Shown here: positions 11,401 to 20,763 of the stretch, in pieces
How positions within the stretch are numbered: position 1 is the first letter of the stretch
Layout: every line of letters starts with the position of its first letter
Source of the DNA: Craspedostauros australis
Lineage: Eukaryota
Direction: 5' to 3'
Assembly (NCBI GenBank): GCA_030167865.1
Contig: JALAGF010000333.1
Span: 1 to 64,000 of the forward strand
Length of the DNA stretch: 64,000 nt
Position numbers and translations under genes: made by a program
The notes under the pieces: model-generated
Seen by the model: only the letters and a program-made list of their open reading frames with translations
Databases searched by the model: none
What the model was told of the DNA's origin: nothing

Positions 11401-14023
11401 GCATGGGTTCCAAAGCCGACGGCTGGCCTTCGAATTCAAGGAAAATCACTGGCTGCCACTCATCCTCTTCCCCTACGTCGAGTGCTGGATCATCGGCGTT
11501 CCCACCATATTCTTGGTCGACACCGATCCAAGCGGAACATTCGTCGTCATGACGTGCATCATCACGCTTTCCTCCATGAGCTCGCTGCTTTCCTTGTTTG
11601 CACCAATCGAATGGTACATTCGCAAGCACGAAGCAGAGGCCACCACGTACACGAGCCAAATGACGGGCGTCACCAAAACACTGACGACTTTCGACAAGGA
11701 GCAAGAAATCATGGAATACGAAAAGAAAATCGCAATGGTGACCGACGACAACGACCGCATCCAGAAAGAAATCGCCCGACTGCGAAATCTCTTCCGCGAC
11801 GACGATTTGCACGGCGATCGTGGCGGCGATGCCAAGATTCCCTTCCGTAAGCCAAAAGTCGTTGAGAAACCACCAGTGTCGCAGGCCAGGTCAGCGATCG
11901 GATCCTTTCGGGAACCTGCGGCAGCTCCGAGGAAGTCAGCAGCTGTAGGGTCTCCCTTCTTCGTACCTCCCGTCAACAGCTATAACGAAGACAACACGAG
12001 CCACAACAATACCAACAATGACGATGGTGATGGCGACGGCGACGGCGTTGACAACAACAATCACAGCGCTGACGATGACGACGACTACGATCGATTGGTC
12101 ATGAAGGACATTGATGACTACGACGACGACGAGAATGAAGATGTACCAGGAGCACATGGTGATACTGACTGGAACAAGAACGACGACGATGGTGACGATG
12201 ACAAGGGGTTTGGAGGCAGCAAGATGGACACAGATCTGGAGCAAGCACGTCCCGAGTCGTATCCAATGAAGATGCCAAGCACAGAACTATTGTCGGATGC
12301 GCAGGACAGCGCAATCGTGCAACCAAGAGAATTGGCATATGCAAACGACAACACATATATCGAGCAGCAGCAATCGGACCAACGCTTCCCTACACCGTCG
12401 CTGAACGTGCCGCTACCCTATTCCAAACATAACTTTGACGAGGGCAAGGACGATGCAAACTCCGATTATGGCATCGATGTCGACGACGATCCAATGAACG
12501 TCACGCCAAAGAGTCTGACGGGATTGAACAGCACAATCAATGATTCTCTGTCGGTGTACGAAGACTCGCTTGCCAGCACACCCCCTCGCGGATTCGCCAA
12601 GGACGGGATGGCGGACGACACTCCCGTTTCGCGCGGCGGCGTTGAAGATAAAGGGGCGGCCACAAATGAGCTATCTCACTTGACAGCGGAGACACAAGAA
12701 AGTCCGTCATCCTCTGCACGATCATCGCATCACAATGGAGGAGAACAAAAAGATTTGGACTCGGTTGGAGATGATATGAACGTGAGAACACGCGGGTTGC
12801 TCATCCAACCTCTCATGATGAAGAGCTCTGCCGACGACGGCAGCGACGAAGACGAACACAACCTCGAAGAGGAGGAGAAGAATTACGACGAACAGGTCGA
12901 GAGTGAAATTCACGATGATGACCACGATATCGCTGCCGACGACGATGACAACAACGATGGCGGCGAAGATGATCAACCGCAAAATGAGTATGGCCAGCTC
13001 AAGTCCGCGTTGCTGTCCGATAACTTCAGCGTGATCGATGCGACGGTCTCCATGCTGATTGCAGCATTCAAGGGCAAAAGCAGCTACGCAAACGCTACGG
13101 CACCGCCCGACGAAGAAGACGAAGGCAGCGACGACGGTTCCAAGGGTACGAAGCCGAGTTTGACGGATCAATCCGAAAATCCTGCCACCGACGAAGAAAG
13201 CGGGACAGACAACACTGCTGATGGCAATGGCGCTCCATCTGACACGCAAGGTGATGGAGCGGAAGAGGAAGACGGTGTTGACGTTGACGTCGACGTCGAC
13301 GAGGAAGCGCCGAAATCATTCCGAGATCGGTCGACGACGGGAGAGTCCAGCGCAGCTGAAACCAACTTTGATGAAGAACCTGAACCAACCGCGCCAATTT
13401 CGGCGCTTACCCTGCAATCTGCAAACAGTCCGGTGACTATGCAAAATGCAGGAGAACCTTCAGGTGGGGACAAGTTGTCGGAACTCAAGCCACCACCGCT
13501 GAACGGTCTGCAAGGCTTCTTTGATTCTCAGAAGAATGCAAATCCACAACACGCCCTCCCGCCGCTGGCACCTCAGCCCAAGACGATCTCGTTCGGACAA
13601 GATGTGCGTGACGCCCGGTCAACTCCCGCGGGCACCCTGAGTGCTGCGAAGACCCAACCATTTACTTTGGGTGACTGGTCCGCCGTCGGTACTATGGCAT
13701 CCGTCCTAGCCGATGCCTCCGATTCTCAATCTTGTTCCAGCTACGGATCGTACGCAACCAAGGACTCCGCGACTTCGATGGGCGCCACGCGAGCAGCTTC
13801 GGAACTCGACACGCCCCTGTCCAAAGAATTGGACATGCTCGTTGGCAACAAGGATTGGGATGGAGTCAAGCGCGCTGCACAAAAGTTCGAGGCGGACCGG
13901 GTCCATTCCATGAACAATGCTGAGAGCAATCAAACGAGGAGCTCCCTAGAAAACCGGCGACGCAAGAAGCGCGAACTTGAGGCTTTGCGGGATAAGATCT
14001 CGAAGAAGAGCGCCGCACACTAA
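8447..14023 (+). CDS. Class C (GABA-B-like) 7TM receptor with ABC-type solute-binding domain and long acidic C-tail; receptor B
   Basis: First ATG at 8447 (MSMPRT). SBP motifs VPLDGDTLQLFYRPDLF..VPRTWDEY and NHVPYAAFGGWS. Seven TM helices at ~10820-11610, a coiled coil, then a ~750-aa D/E-rich tail. Confidence 0.85.
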   Translation: MSMPRTAASDSMEGGHLNGITVTDANSETKSHPAIRATTSAAEPAAAAGDHANHHANPSKQASATATSTTAEETGEATGEGQMMTQILRTTAHSALDQHGAQRDATDTHGSDEANNYLSAMAPSSSSTQATDASARTAVKKRIQRPAAPKAHPHAQAHAQAHPQHHEGEHNHQDDAALHHSQQRQDRELDECETPETTITLALGSYFDITNYVQFHIDAYQKLHPEVKINIKEINGTSTDFEQFLHQSTLEADSSSVDDASTDTSTSATADANTNTNSDAMMDADSSSLWDGAIIPSQSIGTLVEANVLLDITEFTTSAQTIRTPNPSPGSTSSTSEPGSDSTAKSSTAMSIDPEQLRNIREKLDWPDLLPYLKNNVAQYNRRSYLVPLDGDTLQLFYRPDLFQKYNQTVPRTWDEYTQVAKFFSELQAEPMLHGSCISRSSRCSNAYWTSMILATMTQAEGTETGFLIDPHEPSIRPLMGQAMMETLRHIAEQTTYGHPDESTTATCLSTNFLFNRGECAMTINWGDQLRGLENAPYPVGVTRTPGSQQAFHRPSNRLRDCTTKSCPYATYYADDNIMVNHVPYAAFGGWSAAASAQTKEAATIMDFLAFLSSSEQSMQDVLPNTRSNFLQPFRYSHLGINNDLSIGSITGAATSTNPWVAQASYDEQLIAEFTETILDISSPNLAMELRTPEALEIRSVIDAEVTSFVEYIHDTMKLNVTLDDAVFEQLRTNTTQRMERRVRDVVFTLDIQEPESPQALFNKNLFLDSYQKSLGIFVEPSQHETNIMSSFRFAGWGLAGLICGASLLCCLIAAVSSNRRVIRAWQPYTLIQCGMGFFFMGGTIALLSLDESLASAEVLDYTCMAIPWVYIVGFTLLISAVYAKIIKCRELRKARQTPSTIVVDCNATLKLTFRFLLVNVILLTIWTVTDPLLWVREEVPDDSDETPYQLGDTYGACRGEFATSYILMVILFTFNLCLCTTGIVHGFQSRRLAFEFKENHWLPLILFPYVECWIIGVPTIFLVDTDPSGTFVVMTCIITLSSMSSLLSLFAPIEWYIRKHEAEATTYTSQMTGVTKTLTTFDKEQEIMEYEKKIAMVTDDNDRIQKEIARLRNLFRDDDLHGDRGGDAKIPFRKPKVVEKPPVSQARSAIGSFREPAAAPRKSAAVGSPFFVPPVNSYNEDNTSHNNTNNDDGDGDGDGVDNNNHSADDDDDYDRLVMKDIDDYDDDENEDVPGAHGDTDWNKNDDDGDDDKGFGGSKMDTDLEQARPESYPMKMPSTELLSDAQDSAIVQPRELAYANDNTYIEQQQSDQRFPTPSLNVPLPYSKHNFDEGKDDANSDYGIDVDDDPMNVTPKSLTGLNSTINDSLSVYEDSLASTPPRGFAKDGMADDTPVSRGGVEDKGAATNELSHLTAETQESPSSSARSSHHNGGEQKDLDSVGDDMNVRTRGLLIQPLMMKSSADDGSDEDEHNLEEEEKNYDEQVESEIHDDDHDIAADDDDNNDGGEDDQPQNEYGQLKSALLSDNFSVIDATVSMLIAAFKGKSSYANATAPPDEEDEGSDDGSKGTKPSLTDQSENPATDEESGTDNTADGNGAPSDTQGDGAEEEDGVDVDVDVDEEAPKSFRDRSTTGESSAAETNFDEEPEPTAPISALTLQSANSPVTMQNAGEPSGGDKLSELKPPPLNGLQGFFDSQKNANPQHALPPLAPQPKTISFGQDVRDARSTPAGTLSAAKTQPFTLGDWSAVGTMASVLADASDSQSCSSYGSYATKDSATSMGATRAASELDTPLSKELDMLVGNKDWDGVKRAAQKFEADRVHSMNNAESNQTRSSLENRRRKKRELEALRDKISKKSAAH

Positions 14024-14312
14024 GAGCGTCCTACACCTGACTCGTCTCCATACCATACCATAACGATGCGTTCTATGGATGATGGGAAATCCTGCAGAAG
14101 TGTATTCCAGTCGACATGAGCTTACAATCAAATCAATCGGGAATAGAGCAACTGAAGTCAATTATATTCTTTTTCAAAACGCACAACGCGCAGGTTTCCA
14201 GCAGAACACTGTAGGTCTATTATTTAATGTGTGGGCATTGCCTTGATTTGGGTGAGTTCGCTCATCACTTCAGCCAAGACTCTCCGCGAGCACGAGTTGA
14301 GAGCGCGGGTGT

Positions 14313-16469
14313 TCATCCTTCCAACTTCAGATTCTTTTGAAACTCGCTGGATGTCGGGCGTTTCATCAGCTCGCGCAAGGCGATGGTGGCATACGAGGAT
14401 GATGGCAACGTGAATTCCACGGCCACGGCGATGAGAACCTGCTGCTGCTCCGGCTGCTCCGATGACGCGTCTGCCCCCTTGCCTGCTTTCTTATCCTTCC
14501 TGTTGTCGCTGCTCTTCTTGACATCTTCCAATGTCTGTCCCTGAAATTGCATCCAATCTGTTTCCACGAGCTGTTCGATGGGATCATGATACTCCATCAC
14601 CTTGTATTCCACGTCCTTGGGACGACAGATGAGCTTGCGATAGTCTCCTGACATGCGCATGTTCCGATCATCGGCCTTTCCGAACATGTCCACGGTGACG
14701 CCAAGATCCTTCTCGAGGAGCTCCTTCATCTTTTCGCCACTTGCATTGTGGGGGAACTGCGACTTCGTGCCTATCAACGGCAGGACGACATCATCCAATG
14801 CAAACTTGGAGATGTCGTCATCGCCGATCACGTGGATCGTACCGTCCTGCATTTTTACCAGATCTCCCTTCACCACGCCTCCTGTCGCGCCCAGTTTCTC
14901 AATCCGATATGATGCGGCCTGATTCCATACCAAGCTCTGGATGGCATGGTAATACATCATGCGCAACGTTTTGGGGATCACGGAGAAGGCCCGTTTATAG
15001 TTCTTGGGAAACCGCGAGAGGCTCTGCAGAATGGAGATTTCTCCGGTCATGAACCGATTGAGCCGGTTGACGATCTCTCTGGCACAGTCCTTCTCGGTGG
15101 ACTCCATCTCGGCGGGATCGTTGTCGAATCGATCGCGCCATTTGCAACGCAATCGGTAGATGTCTTGACGGTTCTCGTCGGGCTTGGGCTGCATGATGAT
15201 GTCGACAGCCTTGCGGAAGTTCCCGGACAGTGCTGCCAAACCGACGAGATGAGTGTCGTAGTATCGGCCGAATCGTTGCGTGCCGAAATAGTTGATGAAT
15301 CCACGCTTTTTTAGAGAGTCAGCGGCAGGATGGATGATCTTTTCCACTTGCTCCTTCTTAGTGGCGCTCGTAGCGTCCGCAGCAGCAGCGTCGCTGCCGC
15401 TACCATCCAGCTTGATGTTGCGAAGAACGATTGCAAAACGATTTCCTTGCAAGGTTCCCAACCGCATCTCCTTGTTGGTGTATTGAAAATTGCCAATCTG
15501 CACCACGCTCTTGCCTCTGTACTTGGCGGAGCCGCCAGCAGCAGCGCTGTTGTTCCTGTTGATCGCCATGAGGACTTGCGGCTCGGTGCGGTAGAGCGTG
15601 CAGAACTGTGTGGTGATGCCGCGCTTGTCCTTCATGCCGGCGAAGCCAATGCGTGCCTTGCCTGCGCTACGGCTGATTTCTTTGGTCGCTGTCGTGGTGT
15701 CCATGTTCTCCTTGTAGAGCACGAATTGCAGGTAGTTTGGACGATCCTCGGGCCACGTCTTCTTGTTCTTGGCGTTGCGTCTACCTCCGCCATCGTTGCC
15801 CCTGTCGTTGCGGTTGCGTGAAGTGCCGTATGTCTTGTAGTTGGGCATTTCCTTCTCGAAGGCAACATGCCAGATCCGAATGTGTCGATCTTTGGTGTCC
15901 GCACGTGCCGTGGTGGACAACCGTTCGCGCACCCAAGTGTGGATCTGCTTGCGCACTTGCTTGTCCTGGATCAGCGGCAGGGTCACGAACTTCTCACCGG
16001 GGCGTTGCGGTGTGTCTTCGCTGCTGGCTGCTTGTTTGGAGGTTGTCGTGTGTTTCTCCAAGAGATCGATGGCGCTCTTGGCGATGGACTCGTCCTGGAC
16101 CATCTTGGCCAGTTCCGTGGTTAGGTCCGCCCAGGGAATGTCATCGCCGTCACCGCCAGTCTTTGCGTCGGCATCATCGCGCTTGCGCTTGCGCTGGGCG
16201 TTCTCATCGGCTTCTCCATCTGTCGTTGATGGTGCTGCATCCTTCTGCTCTGCAGAATCGGCCTTGTCATCCACAGGTTGGTTGTTGCCATCAATCAGGT
16301 GCTGGCTGGTGAGCCTGGCCACGACGCCATCCTCGTTGACTTCGTGCACGATGAAATCGGTGAACCTCGCTTTCAATACCCCCGTGAATCCATGCAAGTC
16401 AGGTGACATGAAGGTCTGGATGCCCACCTCCGCTTCGATGTCATCGAACTTTTTAGCGACATCATCCAT
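14313..16469 (-). CDS. PUS7: TruD-family pseudouridine synthase
   Basis: Motifs LKARFTDFIVHEV, FAGMKDKRGITTQ (catalytic Asp), LGTLQGNRFAIVLR, FINYFGTQRFG, FTLPSSSYATIALRE. ATG at 16469. Confidence 0.95.
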   Translation of the reverse strand: MDDVAKKFDDIEAEVGIQTFMSPDLHGFTGVLKARFTDFIVHEVNEDGVVARLTSQHLIDGNNQPVDDKADSAEQKDAAPSTTDGEADENAQRKRKRDDADAKTGGDGDDIPWADLTTELAKMVQDESIAKSAIDLLEKHTTTSKQAASSEDTPQRPGEKFVTLPLIQDKQVRKQIHTWVRERLSTTARADTKDRHIRIWHVAFEKEMPNYKTYGTSRNRNDRGNDGGGRRNAKNKKTWPEDRPNYLQFVLYKENMDTTTATKEISRSAGKARIGFAGMKDKRGITTQFCTLYRTEPQVLMAINRNNSAAAGGSAKYRGKSVVQIGNFQYTNKEMRLGTLQGNRFAIVLRNIKLDGSGSDAAAADATSATKKEQVEKIIHPAADSLKKRGFINYFGTQRFGRYYDTHLVGLAALSGNFRKAVDIIMQPKPDENRQDIYRLRCKWRDRFDNDPAEMESTEKDCAREIVNRLNRFMTGEISILQSLSRFPKNYKRAFSVIPKTLRMMYYHAIQSLVWNQAASYRIEKLGATGGVVKGDLVKMQDGTIHVIGDDDISKFALDDVVLPLIGTKSQFPHNASGEKMKELLEKDLGVTVDMFGKADDRNMRMSGDYRKLICRPKDVEYKVMEYHDPIEQLVETDWMQFQGQTLEDVKKSSDNRKDKKAGKGADASSEQPEQQQVLIAVAVEFTLPSSSYATIALRELMKRPTSSEFQKNLKLEG

Positions 16470-16985
16470 TGTCGCTGTCGTTTTTTGCTGTATCTCCGGT
16501 GACGTTCGCCAGTGTTCCACTCCACTCGGTTCGACTGTACCGTACTGTACTCTGCTCGACTTTACTTTACTTTACTTCGATCTGCTGTTGTATTATGCGT
16601 GCTTCACACTATGAGTATGATCCAGAAGAGAAATACTCTATCGACGTTCCTTTGGAACAGTTGATGATTGTGGTATGTTCATTGTGTTCACTGCAACTGT
16701 GCGGCAACACCAAGGGGGGAGACCGAAGGATCCATGAAATTGGCGGGAGTTGTGCGAGGTATCCAAAAAGCGCAAAACGGCACACAAAACGGCCAAAAGA
16801 TTCGGTCTGTTTTTGGCTGGTTGTGAACAGCGATCGATTCGCCCGATCCATCTACGTTATCCACGACTTGATTCTTGGTACATCACCAACAACAACTAGT
16901 TCTGGGAGAAATCATGTTGAAGGCTAGCTCGTACGGCATCAACATCCTCGCACCATGCGACGCCACCATGGTGACGATGCCGCGA

Positions 16986-18365
16986 TCATACGATAGTGTT
17001 GCCATCAAGGAGGTCATCTATGTCCGTCAGGACCCAGCTCCCCGGCCGCGAACCAGCAGAGTTGAAGTACCGCCCGTAGGTTTTAACCTCCCAACACGCC
17101 ACGTTCTCCATCCGCACCAAATGTTCGACGTTGCGGATCTCGCCATGCCCTTGTATCAGCTTGTCTGCCAGCATGTCCCGTACTGCAAACTCCTCCTCGC
17201 ATTGTACCCGGACCTGACAAATCGCCGTGTATCCTATGTGTCCATGACGGTGCAACTGTTCTGTGGCCATGTGCTGCATAGTTTGAAGGTTCTCGCCGGA
17301 CAACGTGCGAAGCCCAAGCATGGTACCCAGAAACTTCAGATTCCATTCGGTATCCTGATGTCGTGTCATGCCGGGAATGATTCTGAGGCTGTGGAGCGTT
17401 GCACGTTTCGGCGTGGTTTTCAGCTTGACCTGGAGTCGATGTTTTCCCGCCTCACATGCGGAGCGGTACAGCTCGATGAGCTTGTCATCCATCATGTGAC
17501 GAACCTCAGTGTCGTCCGTGCATGCCGTGCGGGTCGGGGTGGTTGGATCATTGTCGGCAGTGTCGCTACTGTTTTCCTTTGCTGTGTTGGCGGCAGCGGT
17601 AGTGGTGTCGACGTTCTCGGGCTCCCGCTTGAAGATTTCACTCGCTTCATGCGAGAAATCGATCGATTGATATTCATCATCACAACTTAGGGAATCGGAT
17701 GGAACTGTTGCACATGTTATATTCGATTGATCGATCGTTTGTGTGTTGCATCATGGTGCTTGTCGTGAGATGTGATCTTTCGATAGTTGGATTCAGCAAT
17801 CGTCCACAACAAAGCCATGCCCAGCCGATTAACCATCCAACCATTCAACATACCGCCGACTCCACTTACGTTTGTACACATTGGAAATGATTCCCGCAAC
17901 GCTCTGACGGAATGCCCATGACACGGAATCTGCCAAATCCTGCCTCCATTCGTCCGTCATTGCCAACTCTGTGAGAGGTACACCCAGCACCTGATGCGCT
18001 GCAAACAACTCCTCAAATGTCTCCATATCATGATGCAACTGAATGCGCGACAGGAGCTTGTGAGGATCGTGTTCGTGCTCTTCGGTGCCCGGAATCAGTC
18101 GCGGCAGCGGTTTGGTTTCGTGACGCCACGGAAACAGGACGGTGTTGGGTGTGATGGGCCGGAACTCCATCTTTGCCAAACGTTTGGCGGCGGTCGTTTT
18201 TGCCGCTGCATCGGTATCCAGCGCTGTTGAAGAACGGTGCGTGGTGAAGGACCGCGCCACACTCTGTCTGGTGTTCCAAATGCCGTTGCAGCAACGCGAT
18301 AGGATCGTCCGATCGACAACAATTGGGCGCGGCGTTGCCACTGTCCTTGTTATCATCAATATCAT
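16986..18365 (-). CDS. Putative mitochondrial protein with Tim44-like C-terminal domain (paralog 1)
   Basis: Exons 18365-17870 and 17704-16986 (GTAAGT..CAG phase-1 intron, frame joins, 404 aa). Arg/Ser/Thr-rich N-terminus. C-terminus HLVRME..WVLTDIDDLLDGNTIV. The fold call is inference. Confidence 0.65.
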
Positions 18366-20763
18366 TGTTGTGAACGTAGTCGTGGTCGTGGTTGGTGTGG
18401 AAGGACGTGGGTCGACGATTGGTCCCTTGGTGGATTGGGTTGGATCGCTGCAAGTGGACCACTTGAGTGCGGAGTGGCGCGATCAAATACGAATGTATGG
18501 GAAGGCGTGCTTGTACCCTGGAGACGTTGCTTCCATGCAATGATGTGTTCCCACACTGGCGCAGAAGATACGTGCTGCGATTGTCGCGATGGCGAATGTT
18601 GGATCCCCGCAGTCCGCAAGAGAGAGAGAGAGACGGGAGGTCGGAAGATGTGTTTGGGTTTGGGCCAAGGACTGTCCTTTCTTGATGTGCAGAAGCGCCG
18701 GTTTGTCATCTTGGTGTCATGTTCGTGGAATTCACGATTCGAAGTCGTGGATATTCGGGAGCCGAAAGCGCGCGTCTTGTTGAGTCACGAGTCGATGGCT
18801 CTTCTGATTCGGAGTCCCACTTCGGGAAGATAGGTGCGCAGGTTTTTCACGTGACCGGAGGTGTGGGGGGGGGGGTGAAACCTGTCTGTTCTGAAAGTTA
18901 TAACCGTGTGGAGCGGTCATTTGCTCAGTGAGGATCCTAATGCTCGTACTATGTGCGGTGTTGCTTGTTCATCGACACTCCTCGTTCATATTCGGTCAGA
19001 TTCAGGAATCTGACGCTCAGTCTGCACAGATTCGGCTAGATTCAGTAATTGGGACTAAATCTGTTAAATAGGATCCGCGCTCTCCGCATTTTGGTCGTGT
19101 CCGGTCGATCAGAGTCCTGTCGTCACAGCGAATAACCAAGCACGGTCTCCTCCCAGTGCGTTCGGACGTTATCCCATGCAATGTCTGTGCCGCATATGTG
19201 TCTCGTACTTAAGCGTGAAGCCCGATTGAACATGTGTGCTCTCAAGGCCATCCCAGTGATCAACCTGGGTGCAACTATTCGGAGTGCGGAGCCGCTCCAA
19301 TCGGGTCATTGTCGATGGTGTTGATTCATCAGAGAGTGACCAGATGCAAAAGTCTGAGAGTTTCAGCGGAATCCTTGGTAGTTCGGAGATCGAAGATCTG
19401 GTCCGAGGACCGGAAGCAACCATGACGTCGCCATGTCAGCGCAAAGCCCGTCCAAAGCGACGACCAACGATTAATCTCCAAACAAATGCCGACCAACCAC
19501 CGAGCACATCGCGCACTGTATTGGTCCCACCAGGCATTATTCGAGCCTTGTGTGTGAGTACGTCCCTCTCAGAGGAGGAGACGAGCATCACTCATGTTGG
19601 CGCGTGCGTGTGATGTAGTGTGATGTACCAGCGCGGTAGACATGCTCTGCTGTTGGTGGTAGCGTCGGTAGCTGCAGCCGCATTCCACGCCACCAAGATC
19701 ATTGCATCTTGCGCGTTCATGGCACATCGAACACACGACACTCTAGCGATATTCACAGGAATCACTTCGTTGTCCCCGAAATCGACACCAAAGTCTCACA
19801 AAACAATTCAATCATCAGATTGGAAACGCCAGCAACCAGCAATCATCCAGCAAATAACCAACAACTAGCAGGCGTCGCAAGTAGACGGCAAGCCCCTCTG
19901 AGGCCGCAACGAAGAGAAACAACTCGAAAGGTACGCACACATCATGAAGAAAGGGGGATGGAAGCCTTGTTGATGCATGAGGAAGAATCGGCAACGCATA
20001 CTCATATGCACAGACTCACACCTACACAACGGAGAATGCACTCATTTCCAAAACCGAGTGCAACACGGACATGAGCCGCGGATAGTGTCGCAGATGATGC
20101 GGCCGCGTTGATGAAACGGCAGCACGCACCAACGCTCCAGATGCAAGATACCTACGAGTATGAGCACCATACCTACATTCCGGTCATTCTTCGCGGCTCG
20201 TTATGCAGCAGTGCTGCGGCGCCTGCCGCTGGCGACCATCTCGTTCAGGATGTCTCATGCCAATGCCAATGCCAGACGCGCGCCGCTCCACATCCAGGCG
20301 CTCAAATTCCTCGCCTCGTCCAAGCCAAATTAACTCATGCTGCTCTTTGCCATGACCATCGTTCCTCCTCTCCCCCTTCCCTTCGCATACACAACTGATG
20401 CCTCCTGTGTGCGCAATCTTGACGTGATCGAATCGTCACGATGTTGTGTCGATTCATGGATATCGTTGATCTTCATTGATTGCCGTCGTTGTCGTTGCTC
20501 GCCACCACGTCTCACATCATTTCACACACCAACAATTCGGCGCATACAAACGAACACATCACTGACACTCACAATCATTGCCGTTCTTCGTGGGGCGAAA
20601 CTCGCCGCCAAACTTATGCCTGATGCGCGCATTGCCAATCTCAACCCATACGTGATCCGTACCAACCCATTCTCGTGGCACGTACGCATACATGCACACA
20701 TACAAATGCGCCCGCCGTGCAGAACCAAACAGTCTCACGACAGCGACGAAGACAACAGCAAAG

